Shown piece after piece: positions 17,025 to 26,298 of a stretch of 53,114 nucleotides of DNA. Source of the DNA: an uncultured Bacteroidales bacterium (GTDB lineage: Bacteria; Bacteroidota; Bacteroidia; Bacteroidales; UBA12077); contig CAZDCZ010000005.1 in assembly GCA_964504155.1 (NCBI GenBank), forward strand, positions 1 through 53,114, written 5' to 3'. The notes under the pieces are model-generated. The model saw only the letters and a list, made by a program, of their open reading frames with translations, ran no database searches and was not told the origin of the DNA. The translations under genes were made by a program, and so were the position numbers. Position 1 is the stretch's first letter. Every line of letters begins with the position of its first letter.

Positions 17025-19556
17025 ATGGACGCAAAGTTTTCACAACGAATAAAAGATGTATTAATATATAGTAAAGAAGAAGCAATACGTCTTGGTAACT
17101 CATATATAGGCACAGAACATCTATTATTAGGAATTTTAAGAGATGGCGAAGGATTAGCAGTAGAGATTTTAGAAAAATCGAAAATAGACTTTTCTGAATT
17201 AAAAAAAGCTATTGAAAATAGAATTAAATCGGACGATTTAGTTACTGTAGAAAATATCGACAATATGCCTTTATTTAAAACCGCAGAGAGAGCTCTTAAA
17301 TTAGTTTATTTAGAGGCTAAATCGTTTAATACTACTACAATAAATACTGGTCATTTGTTATTAGCAATTTTGAAAGACGAGAATAATCTTGCAACTCAAA
17401 TGTTAGACGAACAACACATCGATTATTATACAGTAAAATCATATATGGAAAATAAGTTACCTAAACTTCGGGCAGATTTTGGCGAAGACGATGATGCCGA
17501 AATACCTTTTGAAAATAGTAAAAACAATCCTAAAGGAAGTGGAAGTGATGCTCCAAAAAGTAAATCGGAAACGCCCGTACTCGATAATTTTGGAATTGAC
17601 CTAACTAAAGCAGCCGAAGACGATGCCTTAGACCCTATTGTTGGTCGCGATAGAGAAATCGAAAGGTTAGCTCAAATTCTTAGTAGAAGAAAGAAAAATA
17701 ATCCTGTATTAATAGGAGAACCCGGAGTTGGGAAATCGGCTATTGTTGAAGGTTTAGCACTAAGAATTGTTAATAGAAAAGTTTCTAGAGTATTATTCGA
17801 CAAAAGGATTATTACTCTTGATTTGGCATCTGTTGTTGCCGGAACAAAATATCGTGGACAATTTGAAGAAAGAATGAAAGCTATTCTTAATGAATTGTCG
17901 AAAACAACAAATATTATTTTGTTTATTGATGAGATACATACTATTGTTGGCGCCGGAGGAGCAACAGGTTCTTTAGATGCAGCAAATATGCTGAAACCAT
18001 CTTTAGCAAGAGGAGAAATACAATGTATTGGAGCAACAACATTAGATGAATATCGTCAAAATATTGAAAAAGATGGTGCTTTAGAGAGAAGGTTTCAGAA
18101 GATAATTGTTAATCCTACCTCAGAAGAAGAAACCGTTGAAATATTACACAATATTAAACAACGGTACGAGGAGCATCATAATGTAAATTATACCGATGAT
18201 GCAATAAGTGCATGTGTATCGTTAACTATGCGTTATATTAGCGATAGGCATTTACCCGATAAAGCCATAGATGCTTTAGACGAGTCTGGTTCAAGAGTTC
18301 ATATTTCAAATATTAATGTTCCTCCAAAAATTATTAATCTAGAGAAAAAGATTGAAAAAGTAAGAAACGAAAAAATTAATGCTGTGAAGAATCAAAATTT
18401 TGAATCGGCAGCAAATTATCGCGATAATGAAAAACAACTTATCGATAGTCTTGAAAAGGAAAAGAAAAATTGGGAAAAAGATTTATTGAAAAATAGAGAA
18501 ACAGTATCTGAAGAAGAAGTTGCAGAAGTTATTGCAATGATGACAGGCGTTCCTGTTCAGAGAATAGCTCAATCGGAAGGTAAACGTTTATTAAAAATGG
18601 GTGACGAAATTAAAAAAAGAGTTGTAGGACAAGACGATGCTATAAAAAAAATAGTAAAATCGATACAGAGAAATCGTGCCGGATTGAAAGACCCAAATAA
18701 ACCTATTGGCTCGTTTATTTTTTTAGGTCCTACGGGTGTCGGAAAAACACAACTGGCAAAAATCCTTTCATTATTTTTATTTGATAGCATCGATAATTTA
18801 ATCCGTATGGATATGAGTGAATATATGGAAAAATTCTCTGTTTCGCGCCTTGTGGGAGCTCCTCCGGGATATATTGGTTACGAAGAAGGAGGACAATTAA
18901 CCGAAAAAGTGCGAAGAAAACCTTATTCTGTTGTCTTGCTTGATGAAATAGAAAAAGCACATCCTGATATTTTTCATATATTACTACAAATTTTAGACGA
19001 AGGTCAAATAACCGATAGTTTGGGTCGTAAAATCGATTTTAGGAATACTATAATCATTATGACATCGAATATTGGAAGCCGTCAATTGAAAGATTTTGGA
19101 CAAGGTGTAGGATTTTCTACAAAAGCAAAGCAAGATTCAGTAAAATCTAATACCCAAAGTGTTATCCAAAATGCGCTTAAAAGAACTTTTGCTCCTGAAT
19201 TTCTTAATAGATTAGACGATGTTGTAATATTTAATTCGTTAACTAAAGAAGACATTAATAAAATTATTGAAATAGAATTACTCGGTTTGTACGATAGAGT
19301 TATAAAACTAGGTTATAAAATTGAAATTACAGACGATGCTAAAGAGTTTATTGCTAATAAAGGATTCGATAGTCAGTTTGGTGCCAGACCCTTAAAAAGA
19401 GCGATACAAAAATATGTAGAAGACCCTATGGCCGAGATAATTATTAGAACAACTATTAAAGAAGGGGATTTATTATATGTTGAATTAAATAAAGAAAAAG
19501 ATAAAATTATTATTACACATAAAAAAATGGGGACAAAAGAAATAGAAAATAAATAA
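17025..19556 (+). CDS. clpC: ATP-dependent Clp protease ATP-binding subunit ClpC (likely start 17025)
   Basis: Clp-N repeats, two AAA+ modules ('GEPGVGKS', 'GPTGVGKT'), short UVR middle domain, 'GARPLKRAIQ'. Confidence 0.95.
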   Translation: MDAKFSQRIKDVLIYSKEEAIRLGNSYIGTEHLLLGILRDGEGLAVEILEKSKIDFSELKKAIENRIKSDDLVTVENIDNMPLFKTAERALKLVYLEAKSFNTTTINTGHLLLAILKDENNLATQMLDEQHIDYYTVKSYMENKLPKLRADFGEDDDAEIPFENSKNNPKGSGSDAPKSKSETPVLDNFGIDLTKAAEDDALDPIVGRDREIERLAQILSRRKKNNPVLIGEPGVGKSAIVEGLALRIVNRKVSRVLFDKRIITLDLASVVAGTKYRGQFEERMKAILNELSKTTNIILFIDEIHTIVGAGGATGSLDAANMLKPSLARGEIQCIGATTLDEYRQNIEKDGALERRFQKIIVNPTSEEETVEILHNIKQRYEEHHNVNYTDDAISACVSLTMRYISDRHLPDKAIDALDESGSRVHISNINVPPKIINLEKKIEKVRNEKINAVKNQNFESAANYRDNEKQLIDSLEKEKKNWEKDLLKNRETVSEEEVAEVIAMMTGVPVQRIAQSEGKRLLKMGDEIKKRVVGQDDAIKKIVKSIQRNRAGLKDPNKPIGSFIFLGPTGVGKTQLAKILSLFLFDSIDNLIRMDMSEYMEKFSVSRLVGAPPGYIGYEEGGQLTEKVRRKPYSVVLLDEIEKAHPDIFHILLQILDEGQITDSLGRKIDFRNTIIIMTSNIGSRQLKDFGQGVGFSTKAKQDSVKSNTQSVIQNALKRTFAPEFLNRLDDVVIFNSLTKEDINKIIEIELLGLYDRVIKLGYKIEITDDAKEFIANKGFDSQFGARPLKRAIQKYVEDPMAEIIIRTTIKEGDLLYVELNKEKDKIIITHKKMGTKEIENK

Positions 19557-19613
19557 TATTATTTATTTTCTAAAGAAAATATTGTCTAAAAAGTAAAGTT
19601 GCAAGTTTTTATA

Positions 19614-19674
19614 TGTCATATTGAGCAAAGTCGAAATATCTTATTTTTAAACTAATAGATATTTCGACTTTGCT
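19614..19674. repeat. REP-like palindrome between convergent clpC and rimO
   Basis: Perfect 18-bp inverted repeat AGCAAAGTCGAAATATCT (19624-19641) / AGATATTTCGACTTTGCT (19657-19674), preceded by TGTCATATTG. Confidence 0.6.
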
Positions 19675-19786
19675 ACTAATAACAATAATATGTGTAAGTA
19701 AAAAAGTTAGCTAAACCACTTTTTTTGCTAAATCAAAATCCAGAGAATAAAATATATTGTAAAGTTACTATAATACAGTTTTATAA

Positions 19787-21088
19787 TTAATTTATTATTT
19801 CTCCGAAGAGATCAAAATCGTCGGCAGAAGTAATTTTAACATTATAGAAATTTCCTGTTTCAACTTCCTGATTTTTAGTAATTAATACTTCATTATCAAC
19901 TTCCGGAGAATCGAATTCTGTACGACCAATAATAAACTCTTCATCAATACGATCGATAATAACTTTGAAAGTTTTTCCTATTTTTTTTGTATTAAGTTCG
20001 TGAGATATAGATTGTTGGAGATCCATAATTTTATTAGCTCTTTCCTGTTTTATTTCTTCAGGAACATTATCTTCAAAATTTTCTGCCGAGTATGTATTTT
20101 CTTCTTCGGAGTATGTAAATACACCTAAGCGTTCGAATTTTGCAAATTTTACGAATTCCATTAATTCATTAAAATCTTCTTCTGTTTCATCGGGATGACC
20201 AACTAGTAGAGTTGTTCTGAGAGAAATATTTGGTATTTTTTTTCTAAATAATTTTATTAATTCATAAGTTTTATCTTTCCCTATTCCACGACGCATATTT
20301 TTTAATACACTGTCGCTAATATGTTGAACCGGGATATCCAGATATTTACAAATATTTTCCTTTTTATTGATAACATCAATAACATTTTCAGGAAATTTCG
20401 ATGGAAAAGCATAATGTAAGCGTAGCCATTCTAAACCTTTAATATCTGATAGTTTTTCTATCAATTCGGCTAGTTTAAATTCATTATATATATCGTAACC
20501 ATAATACGATAAATCTTGAGCAATAAGAATAATTTCTTTAGCTCCATCTTTAACAAGGCGTTGAGTTTCTTCAACTAATACCTCAATCGATTTTGATTTA
20601 TGTTTACCTTTTATTAATGGAATAGCGCAAAAAGAACAAGATCTATCGCAACCATCAGAAATTTTTAGATATGCATAATGTTTGGGAGTTGTAATTGTTC
20701 TGACATTTTCTAGAGATTTATTGTATGATGAATCTAATGATTTAACTATTTTGGGAATGTCGTAAACGCCAAAAAAATTATCAGCAAATTTTATTTCGTT
20801 TTGTAATTCTTCTTTATATCGTTCCGCTAGGCAACCAAAAACAATAAGTTTTTCTAAATCACCATTTTTTCTTGCTTCCTCATATTGAAGAATCATTTCT
20901 ATAGATTCTTGTTTGGCATCGTTAATAAAACCACAAGTGTTAATTATAACAATATCATTATCGAGTCTGTCAGAGTCATGAACAATATCAAATTTATTTT
21001 CTTCGAGCTGCTTAATTAGATATTCAGAATCGACTAAATTCTTAGAACAGCCCATTGTAATAACATTTACTTTTTTCTTATTGTTCAT
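19787..21088 (-). CDS. rimO: Ribosomal protein S12 methylthiotransferase RimO
   Basis: 'GCSKNLVDSE', 'INTCGFI', radical-SAM 'CDRSCSFC', C-terminal TRAM 'GRTEFDSPEVDNEV'. Confidence 0.96.
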   Translation of the reverse strand: MNNKKKVNVITMGCSKNLVDSEYLIKQLEENKFDIVHDSDRLDNDIVIINTCGFINDAKQESIEMILQYEEARKNGDLEKLIVFGCLAERYKEELQNEIKFADNFFGVYDIPKIVKSLDSSYNKSLENVRTITTPKHYAYLKISDGCDRSCSFCAIPLIKGKHKSKSIEVLVEETQRLVKDGAKEIILIAQDLSYYGYDIYNEFKLAELIEKLSDIKGLEWLRLHYAFPSKFPENVIDVINKKENICKYLDIPVQHISDSVLKNMRRGIGKDKTYELIKLFRKKIPNISLRTTLLVGHPDETEEDFNELMEFVKFAKFERLGVFTYSEEENTYSAENFEDNVPEEIKQERANKIMDLQQSISHELNTKKIGKTFKVIIDRIDEEFIIGRTEFDSPEVDNEVLITKNQEVETGNFYNVKITSADDFDLFGEIIN

Positions 21089-21138
21089 TTTACTATTTAC
21101 TATTTACTATTTATTATTATTTATTGTTTGCTGAATAA

Positions 21139-22086
21139 TTAAATAAACAATGAATCGACAAATTCCGATTTATTAAAAATTTGCAAATCTTCTATTTTTT
21201 CACCAATTCCAATATACTTTACCGGAATTTTAAATTGGTCAGATATTCCTATTACTACACCTCCTTTAGCTGTTCCATCTAATTTAGTGAGAGCTAAGGC
21301 GTTTACATCGGTAACATTAATGAATTGTTTTGCTTGTTCAAAAGCATTTTGCCCTGTTGAACCATCAAGAACAAGAAGTATTTCATGAGGAGCATCAGGA
21401 ATAACTTTTTGCATTACTTTTTTTATTTTCCCTAATTCATTCATTAAGTTTATTTTATTATGTAATCGTCCGGCGGTATCAATAATAACAATATCTGCAT
21501 TATTTGCTTTTGCAGATGATAGTGCATCGAAAGCTACAGAAGCAGGATCAGAACCCATCTTTTGTTTAATAATAGGTACTCCTACACGATCTGCCCATAT
21601 TGTTAATTGGTCAACGGCAGCTGCTCGAAAGGTATCGGACGCTCCGAGGTAAACTTTCTTACCCATATTTTTAAATTGGTAAGCTAATTTACCAATAGTA
21701 GTAGTTTTTCCAACTCCATTAACTCCAACAACCATTATTACATAAGGTACATTTTCCGATGAGTATGAGATATCTATTTCATTAGTGTCATTTTCTATTA
21801 GTAAGGAAGAAATTTCTTCTTTTAAAATAATATTTAATTCATTAATGCCTAAATATCTATCTTTAGAAACTCTTTTTTCTATTCTTTCAATAATTTTTAT
21901 GGTGGTATTGACACCAACATCTGATGTAATAAGAATTTCTTCTAATTCATCGAGTACTGTATCGTCAACTTTTGATTTTCCAACAATTGTTCGAGAAAGC
22001 TTTTTAAAAATATTCTCTTTTGTTTTCTTTAAACCTTTATTTAATGTTGTTTTTTTATCTTTCGAAAAAACTCCTAATGTAGCCAT
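21139..22086 (-). CDS. ftsY: Signal recognition particle receptor FtsY (NG domain only)
   Basis: 'GVNGVGKTTTIGKLA', 'DTFRAAA', 'DTAGRLH', 'TKLDGTAKGG'. Confidence 0.97.
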   Translation of the reverse strand: MATLGVFSKDKKTTLNKGLKKTKENIFKKLSRTIVGKSKVDDTVLDELEEILITSDVGVNTTIKIIERIEKRVSKDRYLGINELNIILKEEISSLLIENDTNEIDISYSSENVPYVIMVVGVNGVGKTTTIGKLAYQFKNMGKKVYLGASDTFRAAAVDQLTIWADRVGVPIIKQKMGSDPASVAFDALSSAKANNADIVIIDTAGRLHNKINLMNELGKIKKVMQKVIPDAPHEILLVLDGSTGQNAFEQAKQFINVTDVNALALTKLDGTAKGGVVIGISDQFKIPVKYIGIGEKIEDLQIFNKSEFVDSLFI

Positions 22087-22160
22087 GCTAAACTTTATAT
22101 ATATAGTAAACAGATGATTTTCAGAGTATAAAATTAAGAAATATTACTTAATTTATTGAT

Positions 22161-22196
22161 AAAAAAAAGCTTTCTTTTTAAAGAAAGCTTTTTTTT
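22161..22196. terminator. Intrinsic terminator between DUF4295 and ftsY
   Basis: 16-bp perfect inverted repeat AAAAAAAAGCTTTCTT / AAGAAAGCTTTTTTTT with A/T tails. Confidence 0.7.
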
Positions 22197-22215
22197 AATA
22201 GTAAAATATTTTTTA

Positions 22216-22365
22216 TTATTTTGAGAAAAATTCTTTTATTTTTTCATTAACAATCATTCCTTCAGAAAAAGAGTGACCATTTGTTTCATTTTTCACCATT
22301 TTAATACATTTTGTATGCGTTCTTCCTGAACCTGTTTGCAATGATGCTACTGCTTTTTTAGCCAT
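22216..22365 (-). CDS. DUF4295 small protein (Bacteroidota ribosomal protein bL38), 49 aa, missing from the ORF track
   Basis: Translates MAKKAVASLQTGSGRTHTKCIKMVKNETNGHSFSEGMIVNEKIKEFFSK*; lies directly after rpmG. Confidence 0.8.
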   Translation of the reverse strand: MAKKAVASLQTGSGRTHTKCIKMVKNETNGHSFSEGMIVNEKIKEFFSK

Positions 22366-22377
22366 AATTCAATAGTA

Positions 22378-22560
22378 TTATTTAATTTCTTTATGAATAG
22401 TTACTTTTTTCAATATAGGATTATATTTCTTTAGTTCCATTCTTCCAGGTGTGTTCTTCTTATTTTTTGTTGTAATATATCTTGATGTTCCTGGAACACC
22501 TGACTGTTTATGTTCAGTACATTCTAATATTACTTGTATCCTATTTCCTTTTTTTGCCAT
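22378..22560 (-). CDS. rpmG: 50S ribosomal protein L33
   Basis: '[18 protein letters not shown]...[23 protein letters not shown]'. Confidence 0.97.
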   Translation of the reverse strand: MAKKGNRIQVILECTEHKQSGVPGTSRYITTKNKKNTPGRMELKKYNPILKKVTIHKEIK

Positions 22561-22572
22561 TTCTTATCCCTC

Positions 22573-22821
22573 TTATGTGTTAAATGTTTTTAAAAATCCA
22601 TCTCTTTTAGCGTCTTCAAGGGCAACTTTTAAGCCTTTTTTATTTATTGTACGCATACCATTAGCTGACACTTTTAAAGTAATCCAACGGTCTTCTTCTT
22701 CGAAATAGAATCTACGTGTAGCTAGGTTAGGATAAAATTTTCTTTTTACATGTTTCTTCGAATGAGAAACATGATTTCCTACCATTACTTTTTTTCCAGT
22801 TATTTGACAAATTCTTGACAT
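22573..22821 (-). CDS. rpmB: 50S ribosomal protein L28
   Basis: 'MSRICQITGKKVMVGNHVSHSKKHVKRKFYPNL'. Confidence 0.97.
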   Translation of the reverse strand: MSRICQITGKKVMVGNHVSHSKKHVKRKFYPNLATRRFYFEEEDRWITLKVSANGMRTINKKGLKVALEDAKRDGFLKTFNT

Positions 22822-23223
22822 CGTTATATAATTTTTTTTTACTTTTTTCTCAAACAGGTTGCAAAATACGTGATTATTATTTAATAATTCAAATTATTGA
22901 ACAATTATTTTACAATATTGTTTGTTTTTTTTTGTTTTTTGTCTTTTTCAATGATTAAGACAGATAAAAATGAGTTTTATTCTAATAATTTCCCATTTTG
23001 AAATACTATGATATATTTGTTTTTATTTAATAATTCAAAATAGTTTTTTTAGAGCGAACAAAAATAGTATTTTTATTGGAGATAATTGCAATTTTCAAAA
23101 TAAATAAATCTTTCTTTATAATTACTTTAATTAAAGTATCGTAAGTATTACAATATAAGTATGTAATGCATATTTATTTATGTATAATATAATTTAGTAA
23201 TATCATATTAGAAAAAATGAGCA

Positions 23224-24465
23224 TTAAGTATTAATTATCATTTCTCGAAGCATATTTAACGCTTTAAGCGATGTTTTTTGAATATTTACTTCTCGATTGT
23301 TTTTGAATAAAAATTTTTTTGATATTGTTTTTTCTCTATTTGAAACAGCAATCCATATTGTACCAACAGGTTTTTCAGGTGTACCTCCACCCGGCCCTGC
23401 TATTCCGGATGTTGCAATTGAATAATCGGTGTCAAATTGCTTTCTTGCTCCTATGGCCATTTCTTCCACTACAACTTTACTTACGGCGCCGTATTGATTT
23501 ATATTACAGTTTTTTACGCTTAATATCTTTTGCTTAATAATATTTGAGTAGGCTACAATTCCTCCTGCAAAATAATTAGAACATCCCGGTACAGATGTAA
23601 TTAAACCAGCAATATTCCCTCCGCTACAACTCTCGGCAACACTTAGTGTTTTATTTCTTTTGCTTAATAAGTCTCCAATTTGTTTTTCAATAAACTCGTT
23701 ATTAGTACTAATAATATTTTTTGGAATCAGGGCAGATATTTTTTTTACTTCCGAGTTTATGATCGATATTATTTTATTCTCGTCTTTGCCTCTTGCACTT
23801 AAGCGTAATTTTACCATTCCCGGTGAAGGAAGATAAGCTAAAGAGATATCGGCATGTAAATTATTCTCCCACTGTTTTATTTTTTCTGCAAGTTCCGATT
23901 CCGGAATTCCTTGAGTAATAATATTTCTATGTACAATATAATTACCTGTAAACAGTTTTTTTAACTTAGGAATTACTTCGTTTACTATTATATCTTTCAT
24001 CTCAAAAGGCACACCTGGTAATGAGATATAAATTTTATTGTTTTCTTCGAACCACATTCCCGGAGCTGTGCCTAAATTGTTTTTTAATATTTTGCACGAT
24101 TCAGGTACTTCGGCTTGTTTAATGTTATTGTCGTTAATATTTACATTCTTAGCACTTAAAATAGCTTTAATATGACTTAAAACATTATGGTTCAAAATCA
24201 ATTTTGTTTTAAAATAATCTGCAAGACTTTGTTTTGTAATATCATCGTTTGTAGGGCCTAAACCTCCTGTAATAATTACAATTTTAGTGTTTGAGTCAAT
24301 ATTGCTGATTGATTGAAATATTGCATCTCTGGTATCGCTTATCGATGTAATTTTTGTAACATCAATACCAATATTATTTAATTGATTTCCAATAAAAGCC
24401 GAATTGCTATCAACAGTTTGACCAATTAATATTTCATCGCCAATTGTAATTATCTCTGCTTTCAT
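23224..24465 (-). CDS. cinA: Competence/damage-inducible protein A (MoCF-binding + PncC-like NMN deamidase domains)
   Basis: 'IITIGDEILIGQTVDSNS', 'TGGLGPTNDDIT', 'AESCSGG', 'TSGIAGPGGGTPEKPVG'. Confidence 0.93.
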   Translation of the reverse strand: MKAEIITIGDEILIGQTVDSNSAFIGNQLNNIGIDVTKITSISDTRDAIFQSISNIDSNTKIVIITGGLGPTNDDITKQSLADYFKTKLILNHNVLSHIKAILSAKNVNINDNNIKQAEVPESCKILKNNLGTAPGMWFEENNKIYISLPGVPFEMKDIIVNEVIPKLKKLFTGNYIVHRNIITQGIPESELAEKIKQWENNLHADISLAYLPSPGMVKLRLSARGKDENKIISIINSEVKKISALIPKNIISTNNEFIEKQIGDLLSKRNKTLSVAESCSGGNIAGLITSVPGCSNYFAGGIVAYSNIIKQKILSVKNCNINQYGAVSKVVVEEMAIGARKQFDTDYSIATSGIAGPGGGTPEKPVGTIWIAVSNREKTISKKFLFKNNREVNIQKTSLKALNMLREMIINT

Positions 24466-24531
24466 GTTTTAAATTTTTTATTGTTGATTTTTAGCTTTGT
24501 ACAACGATTTTTTTTGTTGGAAAACGAATAT

Positions 24532-25773
24532 TTAATTGTTAGTTATTTTGTCTAACGCTTCTATTCTCTTTAATAATGGTGGATGCGAATAATTAAAAAA
24601 CACATATAAAGGATGTGGTGTAAGGTTAGATAAATTATTTACCGATAGTTTTTTTAATGCATCTATTAATGAATTAGGATCTAAGTATTCTCCTGCAAAT
24701 TTATCGGCTTCGTATTCATTTTTACGTGAAAAAATATTCATTCCTAATCCTAAAATAGTCGAAATAGGACTATATAGTAATCCAAAGGCAACCAGACCTA
24801 AATGAAAACCTGTTTGTTCGGCACTCAAGGCTTCTGACAATGCAGGATTGCCAACAAGTAACGATAAAATATATAATGTTATTCCTGTTTGAAGAATAGA
24901 TAAAATTATTGATACTAAAGTGTGTTTCTTTTTGTAGTGACCAATCTCGTGAGCTAGTACTGCTGTTATCTCGTTATGTGTAAGTTTATCGAGAAGAGTA
25001 TCGAAAAGAATAATTTTTTTCTTTTTTCCTAAACCACTAAAATATGCATTTGCCTTAGTGCTTCTTTTCGAACCATCGATAATAAAAATATTATCGAGTG
25101 TATAATCTGTTTTTTTGCAGAAATTAAATATCGATTTCTTTAACTCTCCATCTTCAAGAGGTTTTAATTTATTAAATAATGGTACAATAAGACTAGTATA
25201 AAACATTGTCATAAAAATCATGAATACACTAATCAGTAACCAAGTATAAATCCAAAACATATCGGCAGTTAATTGATAAAACCATACTATTAACGATAAA
25301 ATTCCACCACCAATAATAGCAGCTATTACCCAGCCTTTTATTTTATCGAGAATAAAAGTTTTAGGTGTTGTTTTGTTAAAACCAAATTTGTCTTCGATAA
25401 CAAAGGTTTGATAAATAGAGAATGGAATGTTTATTATATCGGAAGCAAACATTATAATTCCGAAAAACAAAAGCGAAATAACTATAGAATTATCGGAAAT
25501 GCTTCTTGCAATATTATCGACAAAAGCAAAGCCCTTGAAATATAAGAATCCCAATATTAGTAGTAAATTAAACGTGCTTGTAAGAAAGCCAAATCGCTGA
25601 TTTATTTTATTGTATTTCTGAGATTTTGCGTATTTTTCTTCGCTGTATATTCCTTTTAATTTTTCGGGCAACTTACTGTTTCGTCTTGTAGAATTTAAGT
25701 AATCGAGTATCTGCTCAATTACATAATCGAATAATAGAAAGGCAATTATTAAGTAAAATATAATTTGATGCAT
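24532..25773 (-). CDS. M48 family (Ste24-like) membrane zinc metallopeptidase
   Basis: Multiple TM helices; 'DGSKRSTKANAYFSG', 'AVLAHEIGH', 'EYEADKFA', 'SHPPL'. Confidence 0.92.
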   Translation of the reverse strand: MHQIIFYLIIAFLLFDYVIEQILDYLNSTRRNSKLPEKLKGIYSEEKYAKSQKYNKINQRFGFLTSTFNLLLILGFLYFKGFAFVDNIARSISDNSIVISLLFFGIIMFASDIINIPFSIYQTFVIEDKFGFNKTTPKTFILDKIKGWVIAAIIGGGILSLIVWFYQLTADMFWIYTWLLISVFMIFMTMFYTSLIVPLFNKLKPLEDGELKKSIFNFCKKTDYTLDNIFIIDGSKRSTKANAYFSGLGKKKKIILFDTLLDKLTHNEITAVLAHEIGHYKKKHTLVSIILSILQTGITLYILSLLVGNPALSEALSAEQTGFHLGLVAFGLLYSPISTILGLGMNIFSRKNEYEADKFAGEYLDPNSLIDALKKLSVNNLSNLTPHPLYVFFNYSHPPLLKRIEALDKITNN

Positions 25774-25801
25774 AAAAATAAATAGTTTAGTTTTAAAACT
25801 A

Positions 25802-25809
25802 CAAAATTA
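25802..25809 (-). promoter_or_regulatory. Bacteroidota -7 promoter element upstream of the M48 peptidase
   Basis: Reverse complement TAATTTTG, 28 nt before the ATG. Confidence 0.45.
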
Positions 25810-26130
25810 CAATTTACAATTTATTATTTGCTATTTTTTTATCACTATTGTCTAACTAAATAAAAAAATGCTATATTATTAATTAGTAAAAATTAGTTAG
25901 CGGATAACTTTATTAAAAACCATGTAATTAGGGCTTTATTTTTCTCAGATATTAAAACTTTGAGCTATTTGCTGACTTTATGCACAAATACTAATTATTG
26001 AGTAAGAAGTATCAAAACTTATTAAAATATGGACATAGACTCAACAATTAAAATCAAACATTTATCATTAATAATTATATTAATATAAATGAATGTCCTT
26101 ATATTTACCCAACTATAGGAGTTATATTTT

Positions 26131-26221
26131 GAAAATCAATTTGTTTGCTCCGAACCCTAAAGGGAGCAAATTGATTTTCTTCACTCCCTTTAGGGATGGG
26201 GAAAATGAAGAAAATCAATTT
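26131..26221. repeat. Composite REP/BIME-like palindromic element
   Basis: GAAAATCAATTTG/CAAATTGATTTTC (26131-26143, 26167-26179); CCCTAAAGGGA/TCCCTTTAGGG (26155-26165, 26185-26195); AAATTGATTTTCTTC/GAAGAAAATCAATTT (26168-26182, 26207-26221). Confidence 0.65.
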
Positions 26222-26298
26222 CTGAATTAGGTAAGTACACCAGATAATTATATTAATTATATTTGTAATATAAAAATTAATAATCTAAAATATTAAAT

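Noticed and set aside
9128-22821. Gene orientation as proof that the dif marks the replication terminus
   Set aside because: gyrA, rpmB/rpmG, ftsY and rimO point toward the site, but clpC and the 39-52 kb genes point away; inconclusive without genome-wide GC skew.
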